Shown: positions 42,464 through 53,402 of the stretch, piece by piece
Layout: each line of letters begins with the position of its first letter
Numbering within the stretch: the stretch's first letter is position 1
Assembly (NCBI GenBank): GCA_963811165.1
Contig: CAWEQH010000008.1
Coordinates: 448,001-512,000, forward strand
DNA length: 64,000 nucleotides
Source of the DNA: an uncultured Nitrospiraceae bacterium
GTDB taxonomy: Bacteria; Nitrospirota; Thermodesulfovibrionia; Thermodesulfovibrionales; UBA6898
Reading direction: 5' to 3'
The notes under the pieces: model-generated
Databases searched by the model: none
What the model was told of the DNA's origin: nothing
The model's input: the letters and a program-made list of their open reading frames with translations, nothing else
Program-made: the position numbers and the translations under genes

Positions 42464-42874
42464 ATGAACCGCCGCAAAGCTCGGGAATACGCCCTCCAGA
42501 TGCTCTTCCAGTCCGAATTTGCCGGCAATGAAAAAGGGATCACCTACCCCGAGGATCTCCTGCCCCCGGCAAAAGAAAAAGAGGGTATGAAAAAATTTGT
42601 CGAGGACCTCGTTACGGGGACCACCCGCAATATCGGGGAGATCGACCGGGTCATACAGGAAACGGCGGAAAACTGGGACCTAAACAGGATGGCTGCAGTC
42701 GACAGGAACATTCTGCGGCTGGCGATCTACGAGATACTTTACAGGGATGATATCCCCCCGGCGGTAACGATCAACGAGGCCCTCGAGATCGCAAAAAAAT
42801 ATTCTTCACTCGAATCCGTGCCTTTTATTAACGGACTGCTCGACAAGATTGCCAGGGGCCGCAGCAGGGCGTAA
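42464..42874 (+). CDS. nusB: Transcription antitermination factor NusB
   Basis: RRKAREYALQ, DRNILRLA, INEALEIAKKY, FINGLLD. Confidence 0.96.
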   Translation: MNRRKAREYALQMLFQSEFAGNEKGITYPEDLLPPAKEKEGMKKFVEDLVTGTTRNIGEIDRVIQETAENWDLNRMAAVDRNILRLAIYEILYRDDIPPAVTINEALEIAKKYSSLESVPFINGLLDKIARGRSRA

Positions 42875-43080
42875 AATGGCAAAGTGGCGCAAATAAAATT
42901 TTTCTCCACACGCTCCTCTGCATTGGGTTGACTGGAACCGCATTTTTGGGTCATCCCTGAAAAAATCAGCCGAAAGTCGCTCAATACCAACTCCCCCAGT
43001 TGCCGAGTTTAGGTTCCTGTTGCTTTTTATCCGGTAAAATTCATACTATTAGTCACTTTATCCAAAGGAGGGGGTTGGAT

Positions 43081-43822
43081 ATGACGAGGGAGAGCCGGAA
43101 AAAAGAAGAAGATGCAGCTGCCGACAAAGAGCTCCACAAAGGACATCGGGGGAGGCTGAAGGCCCGCTTCCTCAGAGAGGGCGAGGACAGCTTCGATGAC
43201 CACCAGGTGTTGGAGCTGCTTCTTTTTTATGCCGTCCCTCGTTTAGATACAAACCCCTCGGCACACCGGCTGATGCAGCGATTCGGAAGTTTTTCAGCAG
43301 TACTCGAGGCCGACCCGAAGGATTTGTCATCTGTTGAAGGCGTCGGAGCAAATGCGGCCGCGTTTCTTGCGATGATTCCACAGATCACCCGCCGCTACTT
43401 TCTTCGACAGGGTCAAACATACTCGCAAGACCCTCAATACCTCAGAGGCTGCCGCCGACTATCTTGTGCCTCTCATGGCAGGCCGGCCGGAGGAAGTGTT
43501 TTATTTGATCTGCCTTGACTCCCAACTGAGGGTCCTTTATCCTGCCCTGATAAGCGAGGGTACGGTGAAGGACGCCTTCGTGCACCCGCGTCATGTAGTG
43601 GAGGCCGCAGTAAGACATAAAGCGTCTTCCGTGATCCTTGCGCACAACCATCCCGCGGGAAGCGTCAAGCCGTCAAGCCACGATCTCAAATTGACCCGTA
43701 ATCTGGTCCAGGCCCTTGGCGGAATGAACGTCCAGGTCGTCGATCACATTATCGTCGCCGGAGAGCAGATTTACAGTTTTCAGAGGGAAGGGATATTACC
43801 GGTGTATGAGGGGGCCCGTTAA
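43081..43822 (+). CDS. radC: RadC (UPF0758) JAB-domain protein (frameshift near 43405)
   Basis: GHRGRLK, LELLLFYA, HhH region; HPRHVV, HNHPAG..PS..D, DHII. Confidence 0.88.
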
Positions 43823-44061
43823 GGACGGGATAATGATAGATGAAAGTAGCAGTACCGGTTGGTTGTGATAAACAGATCCTTTTCTACACCGGAAAATCGG
43901 ACGGGGCCGGCGAGGATATTACACAGGCTGCAATTGCTCGGTCTGTTATAATTGAACAGTGCGGCGAACAGTGAAGACGTACGAATTACACTTGGAGGTT
44001 TTCGTCAAGAGCAGTTAATTAAGGACGTGAAGGCGTATAATTTGAGGGTGAGAACAGGAAG

Positions 44062-44400
44062 ATGAAAAAGCAGGCAAAAAAAACTGTTTCTTCTCGTGAA
44101 CAGGTAATTTCAATTCTGAAGAAAGAGCTGCCGAGATTGAAAGACCAATACGGGGTTGAAAGGATAGTCCTTTACGGCTCTTTCGCAAAAGGGACCCAGA
44201 GGAAAAGAAGCGATGTTGATATCCTCGTTGATATTAAGAAGCCGATAGGTCTTGAATTCGTCTCGCTGGCCGACAGGCTTGAGGAGATATTGGGGCGTAG
44301 GGTAGACGTGGCGACATACTCCCATTTCAGAAGAAGCTTTAGGAACCCGCGATATAGGCCTATTGCCGAAGACATCAGAAAGAGCATGATCTATGTCTAA
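44062..44400 (+). CDS. mntA: MNT nucleotidyltransferase antitoxin
   Basis: LYGSFAKG..SDVDILVD (GSX10DXD). Confidence 0.88.
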   Translation: MKKQAKKTVSSREQVISILKKELPRLKDQYGVERIVLYGSFAKGTQRKRSDVDILVDIKKPIGLEFVSLADRLEEILGRRVDVATYSHFRRSFRNPRYRPIAEDIRKSMIYV

Positions 44401-44743
44401 GAAAAGAAGAAACAAGGATTTTATTGGCGACATTTGGGAAGCGATGGACATGATAGGTCTTTATACGAAGGGCTTAACATACCGAAAGTTTCTTGAGGAC
44501 AGAAAGACACAGGATGCTGTGGTACATAATTTCGAGGTGATCGGCGAAGCGACGAAGAGCATACCAGGAGATTTTAAAACAAGGCGTCCTGAAGTTCCGT
44601 GGAAGACTTTGGCAGGACTGAGAGATAAGCTGATTCACTTCTATTTCGGTATCGATTATAAGATCGTTTGGGACATAATAAAAAAAGAACTGCCTAAACT
44701 TAAGAGACAAATCGAAGACCTTCTCAAGGCCGAATCGAGTTAA
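44393..44743 (+). CDS. hepT: HEPN/DUF86 ribonuclease toxin
   Basis: EVIGEA, PW..GLRDKLIHFYF (RX4HXY); overlaps the MNT gene. Confidence 0.88.
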   Translation: MSKKRRNKDFIGDIWEAMDMIGLYTKGLTYRKFLEDRKTQDAVVHNFEVIGEATKSIPGDFKTRRPEVPWKTLAGLRDKLIHFYFGIDYKIVWDIIKKELPKLKRQIEDLLKAESS

Positions 44744-44997
44744 CCGTCAGTGGGTCGGGGCGGTTGTGGAGAAGACATCAAAATCATCCTAAAATTGAAA
44801 AATCTTTATGCTTATATATAAACTAAAACACTAAGCTGATCAGTGAAGCAATGGGCTGCAGGCTGCCTGCGGACTTTACGTCAGCTGCTTCTTACCGCGT
44901 ACCTGCGAATAGTTTATTTTGAATTATTAGTGTTATTATTTTTGTCTATTTTGACACAGCGAGAATGAATTAAATTCTTTCTTAAAAAGAGGAGATT

Positions 44998-46302
44998 ATG
45001 ATAGCGCGTTATACACGGCATGAGATGGGGAGGCTCTGGGAGCCTGAGAACAGGTTCCAAAAATGGCTTGACGTCGAGATCGCCGTCTGCGAGGCCTGGG
45101 CGGAGATGGGCAAGATCCCTAAAGGGTCGCTCAGGGTCATAAAGGAGCGGGCCGGGTTTGACGTCGGGAGGATAGATGAGATAGAGGCGGTCGTCAGGCA
45201 TGATGTGATCGCCTTTCTCACCTCTGTGGCCGAGAAGGTCGGCCCTGAATCGCGGTACATCCATAAGGGTCTCACTTCGTCGGATATCGTGGATACGGCG
45301 CTGTCTCTCCTTATGAAAGAGGCGGCGGCGATCATCATAAAGGACCTCAGGAGCCTGATAGCGGTGCTTAGGGACCAGGCATTTCGCTATAAAGAAACGG
45401 TCTGTATAGGCAGGAGCCACGGCGTGCATGCGGAGCCGATGACCTTCGGCCTGAAATTCGCCCTTTGGTATGAAGAGTGCAAGAGGAACCTCGAGCGCAT
45501 GGAGAAGGCCAAGAGGATCATCAGCACCGGCAAATTTTCAGGGGCGGTGGGTACCTTTTCGAACATACCGACGGAGATAGAAGAGAAGGTCTGTAAGAAG
45601 CTTGGACTGAAGCCCGAACCTGTCGCCACGCAGGTCGTGCAGCGCGACAGGCACGCGGAATATCTTACAACTCTGGCCATTATAGCCGCCTCCGTAGAGA
45701 AGATGGCTGTGGAGATAAGGCATCTGCAGAGGACCGAGGTCCTTGAGGCGGAGGAGCCCTTTGCTAAGGGACAGAAAGGTTCTTCGGCGATGCCCCATAA
45801 GCGAAATCCCGTAGGATGCGAAAATCTTTCAGGGCTGGCCAGGGTGGTCAGGGCGAATTCCCTTGCTGCACTTGAAGATGTTGCGCTCTGGCACGAGAGG
45901 GACATCTCGCATTCTTCGGTTGAGCGGGTGATCATCCCTGACAGCACGATCTTGGTCGATTATATGCTCCACAGGCTCACCGGCATACTGTCGGGGCTAC
46001 AGGTCTACCCCGAGAAGATGAAGGAAAACATGGGCCGCAGCTACGGGCTCTTCAACTCCCAGAAGGTCCTTATCAGCCTGACTGAAAAAGGGATGTCCAG
46101 GGAAGACGCCTATGCCGTAGTCCAAAAAAACGCGATGCTGAGCTGGATGAAAAGGAAAGACTTCAAGGGACTGCTCATAAAAGACAAGGAAGTAAGAAGA
46201 TATCTCAAGGCAAAGGAGATCGATGACATCTTCGACCTCAGGCATTACTTCAGAAACATCGGCTACATCTTTAGCAGGGTCTTCGGCAAAGCCCGGCAAT
46301 GA
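44998..46302 (+). CDS. purB: Adenylosuccinate lyase
   Basis: MIARY, TSSDIVD, GRSHG, GSSAMPHKRNP. Confidence 0.97.
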   Translation: MIARYTRHEMGRLWEPENRFQKWLDVEIAVCEAWAEMGKIPKGSLRVIKERAGFDVGRIDEIEAVVRHDVIAFLTSVAEKVGPESRYIHKGLTSSDIVDTALSLLMKEAAAIIIKDLRSLIAVLRDQAFRYKETVCIGRSHGVHAEPMTFGLKFALWYEECKRNLERMEKAKRIISTGKFSGAVGTFSNIPTEIEEKVCKKLGLKPEPVATQVVQRDRHAEYLTTLAIIAASVEKMAVEIRHLQRTEVLEAEEPFAKGQKGSSAMPHKRNPVGCENLSGLARVVRANSLAALEDVALWHERDISHSSVERVIIPDSTILVDYMLHRLTGILSGLQVYPEKMKENMGRSYGLFNSQKVLISLTEKGMSREDAYAVVQKNAMLSWMKRKDFKGLLIKDKEVRRYLKAKEIDDIFDLRHYFRNIGYIFSRVFGKARQ

Positions 46303-46330
46303 AGGCCCACGGGAAGAACCGATCTTGTCG

Positions 46331-49300
46331 ATGACATATAGATATAAGCGGCCCGCCTTGGCGGGGGCGCACAAGAGCAGCCTGCTCGCCGCGGTGCAGA
46401 CGTATATCGGGGGGGGCATCAACGATATACTCACCGAGTACTGTTTCTATATCGGAGCGAAGGAGCCCCTTTCGACCGGGGAAATGGAATTATTAAGATG
46501 GCTCCTAAGCGAGACCTTCGAGCCCGGGAACTTTTCAGAAGAGAGTTTCCTTACTCAGCCCTCAGCCTTCAGCCCTCAGCTTTTTGTTGTGGAGGTCGGG
46601 CCCCGCATGAATTTTACTACGGCATGGTCGACAAATGCGGTCTCCGTATGTCATGCCTGCGGCCTTACGAAGATAACCAGGATCGAACGTTCAAGGAGGT
46701 TCCGGTTTGTCTTCGGCGGCAAACCCGTAGACGATCGGCAATGGTCCGGGTTTGTCTCGTCCCTGACCACCGATCACTCATCGCTTTTGTTTGACCGCAT
46801 GACCGAGTGTCTTTATCCAAAACGCCTCAAGACCTTTGAGACAGGGATCCGACCCGAATCGTTTTATGTCGTCCCTTTGATTAAAGAGGGCAGGTCGGCG
46901 CTCGACAAGATAAACCGTGAGATGGGACTTGGGCTTGACGATTGGGACATCGACTATTATTACACCCTTTTTGTGAAGGACATCGGCAGGGACCCTACAA
47001 ACGTGGAATGTTTCGACTTGAGCCAGTCCAACAGCGAACACTCAAGACATTGGTTTTTCAAAGGGAGGCTGGTCATAGACGGGCAGGAGATGCCGGGGAA
47101 CCTTATGTCCATCATAAAGGACACCCTCGACAAAAACCCCAATAACAGTGTTATCGCCTTCAAGGACAATTCAAGCTCGATACGGGGATATACTGTGCAG
47201 ACGATCGCGCCCGAAAGACCCGGGGGGGCCTCGCGGTTCGGCAAGACAGGCGTAAGCTATGACATTATTTTTACGGCTGAGACCCATAATTTCCCCAGCG
47301 GCGTTGCGCCTTTCCCCGGCGCCGAAACCGGCACCGGCGGGAGGATCAGGGACGTTCAGGCAACAGGCAGGGGAGCGCTCGTGATCGCAGGTACTGCTGC
47401 CTATTGTGTCGGGAATCTCCAAATTCCGGGGTATGAGCTTCCCTGGGAGGACAAAACATTTTCGTATCCGTCTAATCTGGCGAGTCCTCTCTCCATCGAG
47501 GTAGAGGCGAGCAACGGCGCCTCCGACTACGGAAATAAATTCGGGGAGCCGGTCATACAGGGGTTTACGAGGTCATTCGGGCTCAGACTGCCCGACGGGG
47601 AAAGAAGAGAATGGATCAAGCCGATAATGTTTACGGGCGGAATAGGGCAGATGGACTCCGGACACAGCGAAAAGAAGGCCCCCGCAAAGGGCATGCTCGT
47701 CACGAAGATCGGCGGTCCGGCTTACCGGATCGGCATGGGCGGCGGCGCTGCGTCGAGTATGATCCAGGGGCAGAATATCGCTGAACTCGATTTTAATGCG
47801 GTGCAGCGGGGCGACGCGGAAATGGAACAGAAGATGAACAGGGTGATCAGGGCCTGCGTCGAGATGGGTCCGGACAACCCTATCGTGAGCATTCACGACC
47901 AGGGAGCCGGCGGTAACTGCAACGTCGTCAAAGAGATAATCTACCCGGCAGGCGCAAAGATCGAACTAAGGAAGATACCGCTCGGCGACAATACCCTCTC
48001 CGTACTTGAGATATGGGGGGCCGAGTATCAGGAACAAAATGCGCTTCTCATCAACCCCGACAGGTCCGAAGAATTCCTCGGACTCTGCAGGAGAGAGAAG
48101 GTCCCCTGCGCCTTCATAGGCTCGATCACAGGCGACGGATATATCGTGCTCCACGACGAAACGGACCGTAGTACGCCCGTCAATCTTCACCTCGATAAAA
48201 TTTTGGGTGACATGCCGAGAAAGACCTTTCACTTAAAACGGGCAAAACGCCAGCGCAAGCCTCTTGAGCTTCCTGAAGGACTCAGCGTCCGGGAGGCCCT
48301 CGACAGGGTCCTGAGGCTGATTTCAGTGGGTTCGAAAAGGTTCCTTGCCAACAAAGTCGACAGGTCCGTTACGGGGCTGATAGCCAGGCAGCAGTGTGCC
48401 GGACCGCTGCAGCTTACCGTCTCGGACGTTGCGGTGATTGCGCAGAGCCATTTCGGCCTGACGGGCGCCGCGATATCAATCGGGGAACAGCCGATAAAGG
48501 GACTGATAAGTCCTGCCGCGATGGCGCGCCTGAGCGTAGCCGAGGCCATTACAAACATCGTTTGGGCCAAAGTGAGTGCGCTTGAGGACATAAAGTGTTC
48601 GGGCAACTGGATGTGGGCACCGAAACTCCCGGGAGAGGGCGCCGACCTCTGCGATGCAGCTGTGGCGATGCGTGATATCATGGTTGAACTGGGGATCGCA
48701 GTCGACGGCGGGAAAGACAGCCTCTCGATGGCGGCGAGGGTCACGGACCGCAGCGGCGAGTCAGAGACGGTCAAGTCTCCGGGTACTCTCGTTGTCTCGG
48801 CGTATGTCACTTGTCCCGACATCACGAAGGTCATCACCCCCGACATAAAGAGACCCGGTGAAAGTAATCTCATGTTTATAGATTTGGGAATGGGCAAAAA
48901 CCGGCTGGGCGGTTCGGCCCTTGCTCAGTGCTACGGGCAGGTCGGCGATAATTCGCCCGATGCCGATGACCCGAAATTATTGAAGGATTGTTTCAACGCG
49001 GTGCAGGAACTCATTTCGGAAGATTTGATATTGGCCGGCCATGACAGAAGTGACGGCGGCCTGATTACTACTCTGCTTGAGATGGCTTTTTCAGGGAATT
49101 GCGGGATGGAAGTTGAAATACTGCAAAGCGCAAAGAGCACTGCGCATAGCGCAGGAATCCCGTCTCTTTTTTCGGAAGAGCTTGGGATGGTGATCGAATA
49201 TCTTCCCGAGGATGAGGAAAAAGTAATCTCAGCGCTTCAAAGACGAAATGTTCCCTATCAGATTATAGGGAAAAGTTTAATGGAAAAGAGAATCGGAGTC

Positions 49301-50335
49301 TCACTAGTTACTATTGACGGTTCACCACTGACTGTTTTAGATGAGGACATGAGGGTCCTCAGAGACGTATGGGAAGAGACGAGTTGCCGGCTCGACAGAC
49401 TCCAGCGGACCCCCGAGTGCGTTGAGGAAGAGAAAAAAAATATCTACGATATGAAGGCGCCGCCTTTCAGTCTCTCCTTTGTTCCCGGGCCTACCCCGGC
49501 AGAGATTTTGAACATGTCGGACAGGCCGATGGTGGCGATCATCAGGGAAGAAGGCAGCAACGGAGACCGTGAGATGACCTCGGCATTTTTCCAGGCCGGG
49601 TTCGAACCCTGGGACGTTACGATGCAGGATTTTCTTTCTGAGAGGGTAAGGCTCGATGAGTTCAGAGGGGTCGCATTCGTCGGCGGCTTCAGCTATGCCG
49701 ACGTTTTGGATTCGGCAAAAGGGTGGGCAGGAGTAATACGCTTTAATAAAAATATTTGGCGGCAGTTCGAGTCCTTTTACCACCGGCCGGATACATTCAG
49801 TCTCGGTGTGTGTAACGGCTGCCAGTTGATGGCGCTCCTCGGATGGGTGCCGTGGCGGGACATCGCAGACAGTGCCCAGCCGAGGTTTATCCATAACAGG
49901 TCAGGAAGGTTCGAGTCGCGTTTTGTTTCGGTGAAGGTCCTGGGGAGTCCCTCCGTTATGCTAAGCGGGATGGAAGATTCGGTCATCGGTGTCTGGGTGG
50001 CGCATGGAGAAGGCCTTGCCTATTTCCCCGACGATGGGATCAGAAAGAAAGCCCTCGACGAAGGGCTCGCACCTTTGAGATATATCGATGACGAAGGAAA
50101 TATCACCGAACGTTATCCTTTCAATCCAAACGGTTCCCCTGACGGCATTACCGCTCTCTGTTCGCCTGACGGGAGGCATCTTGCCCTGATGCCGCACCCG
50201 GAGCGTACGTTTCTGAAGTGGCAGTGGGGGTGGATGCCAGATAACTGGAAAAAGGAACTGAAGACCTCGCCCTGGCTGAGGATATTCCAAAACGCAAGGG
50301 CATGGTGCGATGAGAAGCGCGTGCAGAAAGATTGA
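46331..50335 (+). CDS. purL: Large-type phosphoribosylformylglycinamidine synthase with fused glutaminase
   Basis: QSNSEHSRHWFF, ETHNFP, HDQGAGG, GGKDSLSM, GGFSYAD, GVCNGCQL, MPHPER; start uncertain. Confidence 0.95.
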   Translation: MTYRYKRPALAGAHKSSLLAAVQTYIGGGINDILTEYCFYIGAKEPLSTGEMELLRWLLSETFEPGNFSEESFLTQPSAFSPQLFVVEVGPRMNFTTAWSTNAVSVCHACGLTKITRIERSRRFRFVFGGKPVDDRQWSGFVSSLTTDHSSLLFDRMTECLYPKRLKTFETGIRPESFYVVPLIKEGRSALDKINREMGLGLDDWDIDYYYTLFVKDIGRDPTNVECFDLSQSNSEHSRHWFFKGRLVIDGQEMPGNLMSIIKDTLDKNPNNSVIAFKDNSSSIRGYTVQTIAPERPGGASRFGKTGVSYDIIFTAETHNFPSGVAPFPGAETGTGGRIRDVQATGRGALVIAGTAAYCVGNLQIPGYELPWEDKTFSYPSNLASPLSIEVEASNGASDYGNKFGEPVIQGFTRSFGLRLPDGERREWIKPIMFTGGIGQMDSGHSEKKAPAKGMLVTKIGGPAYRIGMGGGAASSMIQGQNIAELDFNAVQRGDAEMEQKMNRVIRACVEMGPDNPIVSIHDQGAGGNCNVVKEIIYPAGAKIELRKIPLGDNTLSVLEIWGAEYQEQNALLINPDRSEEFLGLCRREKVPCAFIGSITGDGYIVLHDETDRSTPVNLHLDKILGDMPRKTFHLKRAKRQRKPLELPEGLSVREALDRVLRLISVGSKRFLANKVDRSVTGLIARQQCAGPLQLTVSDVAVIAQSHFGLTGAAISIGEQPIKGLISPAAMARLSVAEAITNIVWAKVSALEDIKCSGNWMWAPKLPGEGADLCDAAVAMRDIMVELGIAVDGGKDSLSMAARVTDRSGESETVKSPGTLVVSAYVTCPDITKVITPDIKRPGESNLMFIDLGMGKNRLGGSALAQCYGQVGDNSPDADDPKLLKDCFNAVQELISEDLILAGHDRSDGGLITTLLEMAFSGNCGMEVEILQSAKSTAHSAGIPSLFSEELGMVIEYLPEDEEKVISALQRRNVPYQIIGKSLMEKRIGVSLVTIDGSPLTVLDEDMRVLRDVWEETSCRLDRLQRTPECVEEEKKNIYDMKAPPFSLSFVPGPTPAEILNMSDRPMVAIIREEGSNGDREMTSAFFQAGFEPWDVTMQDFLSERVRLDEFRGVAFVGGFSYADVLDSAKGWAGVIRFNKNIWRQFESFYHRPDTFSLGVCNGCQLMALLGWVPWRDIADSAQPRFIHNRSGRFESRFVSVKVLGSPSVMLSGMEDSVIGVWVAHGEGLAYFPDDGIRKKALDEGLAPLRYIDDEGNITERYPFNPNGSPDGITALCSPDGRHLALMPHPERTFLKWQWGWMPDNWKKELKTSPWLRIFQNARAWCDEKRVQKD

Positions 50336-50447
50336 ATAGCTTGATTTACAAGGGATCTAAATACAGGGCTTGACATAGTCCGTTGGCACATGGTATTACA
50401 TATCGGCCTTTTTAGGTCTCCCATATTCCCAAGGAGGAATCTTCAAA

Positions 50448-51755
50448 ATGGGTTTAGCTACATTTAAAGGCGGAATACATCCGCCTGATAAGAAGACGTT
50501 AGCTGCAAACAGTCCGATCACGGAAGCAAAATCCCCGAAAATAGTCGTTATTCCCCTCAGCCAGCATGCGGGAGCTCCCTGTAAACCGGTGGTGACAATC
50601 GGGCAGGAAGTGAAAAAGGGTGAGATGATAGGTGAACCCGGAGGGTTCGTTTCGGCGCCTGTGCACGCCTCTGTTTCAGGGAAGGTCATCGCCCTAAGCG
50701 AGTTTCCAAACGCCATGGGAAGGATGGTCAATTCGGTCGTGATAGAAAACGATCTCAAGGAAGAATGGGCCGCACTGAAAGATGACCCGAATTATATGGC
50801 CCTTCCCGTAGAGGAGCTCAAGGAAAAGATAAAGTCGGCGGGCATTGTGGGCCTTGGTGGAGCGGCCTTCCCGACCTCGGTCAAGCTTTCACCGCCTAAA
50901 GAAAAACCGATAGACGTGGTCATCATAAACGGCGCGGAATGTGAGCCCTATCTTACTGCCGATTACCGCCTTATGATGGAGAAACCGAAGGAGATAGTCG
51001 AGGGACTCAAGATCCTCATGAAGGTCCTTGGTGTAACGAAAGGCTATGTAGGTATTGAAAACAATAAGCCCGACGCGGTTGCCAAGATGAGCGAAGCGGT
51101 AAAGGGAGAAGCAGGTATCGAAGTCATGGCGCTCGAGGTGAAGTATCCCCAGGGCGCTGAAAAGATGCTGATCAAGGCGGTAGCCGGAAGGGAAGTGCCC
51201 GCAAGGGGGCTCCCCATGGACGTGGGCGCCGTGGTGCAGAATGTCGGAACGGCGTTGGCTATCTATGAGGCCGCGCGATACGGCAAACCGCTGATAGAAA
51301 GGGTGGTTACCGTCACAGGAGAAGGCATCAAAGAGCCTAAGAACCTGATGGCCAGGGTCGGCACGAAGATATCGGAACTGATAGAGGAATGCGGCGGCCT
51401 CAAAGACGATGTCGCAAAGGTCGTGGCGGGCGGGCCGATGATGGGGTTTGCGCTTTCCTCGCTTGATGTGCCGGTGACAAAGGGTACCTCGGGGATCCTC
51501 GTCCTTCCCGAAGAAGGTGTGGTGCATGCCGAAGACTACGGCCCCTGCATAAGGTGCGGCAGGTGCATCGATGTCTGTGCCATGGGACTGATGCCTTCCA
51601 TGCTCAGCATCCTCTCTGAAAAGGGGATGTATGAAGAGGCAAAGGAATATAACCTTTTCGATTGTTTCGAGTGCGGTTCCTGCGCCTTTGTCTGCCCGTC
51701 AAAGAGACCTATCGTGCAGCTTGTAAGATTAGCGAAATCAATGGTAAAGCCTTAA
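50448..51755 (+). CDS. rnfC: Rnf complex subunit C
   Basis: FKGGIHP, GIVGLGGAAFP, NGAECEP, YPQGAEK, two CxxCxxCxxxC motifs. Confidence 0.95.
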   Translation: MGLATFKGGIHPPDKKTLAANSPITEAKSPKIVVIPLSQHAGAPCKPVVTIGQEVKKGEMIGEPGGFVSAPVHASVSGKVIALSEFPNAMGRMVNSVVIENDLKEEWAALKDDPNYMALPVEELKEKIKSAGIVGLGGAAFPTSVKLSPPKEKPIDVVIINGAECEPYLTADYRLMMEKPKEIVEGLKILMKVLGVTKGYVGIENNKPDAVAKMSEAVKGEAGIEVMALEVKYPQGAEKMLIKAVAGREVPARGLPMDVGAVVQNVGTALAIYEAARYGKPLIERVVTVTGEGIKEPKNLMARVGTKISELIEECGGLKDDVAKVVAGGPMMGFALSSLDVPVTKGTSGILVLPEEGVVHAEDYGPCIRCGRCIDVCAMGLMPSMLSILSEKGMYEEAKEYNLFDCFECGSCAFVCPSKRPIVQLVRLAKSMVKP

Positions 51756-51765
51756 GGAGAGTTAG

Positions 51766-52808
51766 ATGGAGGCAACGAAAAAAGAACATGAACTGATAGT
51801 TTCGGTAAGTCCTCATGTAAAAAGTGAGGAAACGACAAGCCGTATCATGTGGACGGTCAGCCTGGCCCTTCTGCCTGCGCTTCTTTCCGGGGTCTATTTC
51901 TTTGGTCTGAAGGCGCTCTTTATTACGGCATTATGCATCATAAGTTCTTTGGTGTCCGAGCAGCTTTATATGAAGATGGTGGGTAAAAAGTCCCCTGTCG
52001 GCGACGGGAGCGCTTTTCTCACGGGTCTTCTCCTTGGCATGAACATGCCGGCATCTCTTTGGTCTTTTTCGCCCTTTACGGCGCATGTGCCGATTATTGC
52101 TTCGTTTGTGGCCGTGGTAATCACGAAACAGCTCTTCGGCGGGCTCGGGTTCAATGTCTTTAATCCCGCTTTGATTGGCAGGGCCTTTGCCCTTATTTCA
52201 TGGCCCAGGGCCATGACCATATGGATGGAGCCTACTGCGTCGGTTTCTTGCTATGGATGCAAAGACGACGGCCACCCCTCTTGGGATAATGAAAGAGGCG
52301 GGCATGACGGAGCTGATAAAGGTGTTTGGCGACAAAAGCAGCCTTTATCACGCATCTGCTTACCGGAAACAGGGCAGGCTCAATCGGCGAGACATCTGCA
52401 ATCGCCCTACTGATAGGCGGCCTGTTCCTGCTCTACAAAGAGATATATCACCTGGCATATACCGGTCTCTTTTCTCGGAACGGCCGCACTTATGGCCTGG
52501 GTCTTTGGGACGAAGGGGAGTCTTTTCACCGGTGACCCGATAGTCCATCTCCTTTCGCGGCGGACTGATGCTCGGGGCATGTTTTCATGGCCACCGACTA
52601 TGTGACTTCTCCTTCGACGAGGAAAGGCCAGATCCTCTTTGGCGTCGGCTGCGGAGCATTGACCATGCTCATACGGCTAAAGGGAGGGTTCCCGGAAGGT
52701 GTCATGTTCGCCATACTCATTATGAACTGTTTTGCCCCCCTCATCGACAGGGGCTTTAAGTCGAAGGTCTTCGGGGCCGTGAAACCGGCTGCAAAGGAGG
52801 CTAAATAA
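51766..52808 (+). CDS. rnfD: Rnf complex subunit D (frameshifted)
   Basis: [29 protein letters not shown] (FMN-Thr), [27 protein letters not shown]. Confidence 0.9.
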
Positions 52809-53402
52809 TGACCGGCAAGGACATTTTAAAGATAACCTTGAACCTCGTCATTGTGTATCTGATAGGAGGGTTTATCCTTGCATTCGTATATGCGAAGGCC
52901 GCTCCCCAGATATACAGGAACAACGAAGAGGCCGAGAAAAAGGCTCTGAACTGAACTCATGCCTGACGCCGATTCGATCGTAAAGATGGGAGAGTGGGAG
53001 CCCCACGAAAAACACGCAAATTATTTCGTTGCAAAAAAGGGCGGCCAGGTGATCGGCTATGTCGTCCAGTCTTTCGGCAAAGGATATTCAAGTTTTATTA
53101 ACACCCTTATTGCTGTCGACAAGGACTTCACGGTCCAGAAGATCAAGGTGCTTTCCCATGGCGAAACACCCGGCCTGGGCGACGGGATCGAAGAAGACTG
53201 GTTCCAGGCACAGTTCAAAGGAAAGACCCTCGATCATCTCAAGGTGATAAAGGGAGAGACAAAAGATGACATACAGGCGCTCTCTGGTGCGACGATATCG
53301 AGCCGTGCGGTCACCGAAGACGCGGTAAAAAACGGCGTGGCATTTCTGATAAAGACAATAAAGGGAGGAGGAAACGCAAATGTCCAGCCCCAGCACAGTT
53401 AA
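52808..53402 (+). CDS. rnfG: Rnf complex subunit G (frameshift near 52950)
   Basis: N-terminal TM from ATG 52808; ETPGLG, SGATISS (FMN-Thr). Confidence 0.88.

Noticed and set aside
36570..43420. Programmed ribosomal frameshifts in glk, ribBA and radC
   Set aside because: No precedent known to me for these genes, no clear slippery-site plus stimulator, and the same error pattern occurs elsewhere in the window.
46223..46330. PurL N-terminal extension overlapping purB
   Set aside because: It overlaps purB by 80 bp and looks non-homologous; ATG 46331 is more plausible.
50383..50400. Sigma54 promoter for rnf (TGGCAC)
   Set aside because: No GC at the -12 position; the TTGACA at 50370-50375 suggests a sigma70-type promoter instead.
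52940..52960. TGA in rnfG as selenocysteine
   Set aside because: The downstream coding sequence is in a different frame (151 nt from ATG 52808 to ATG 52959), so this is an indel and not readthrough.
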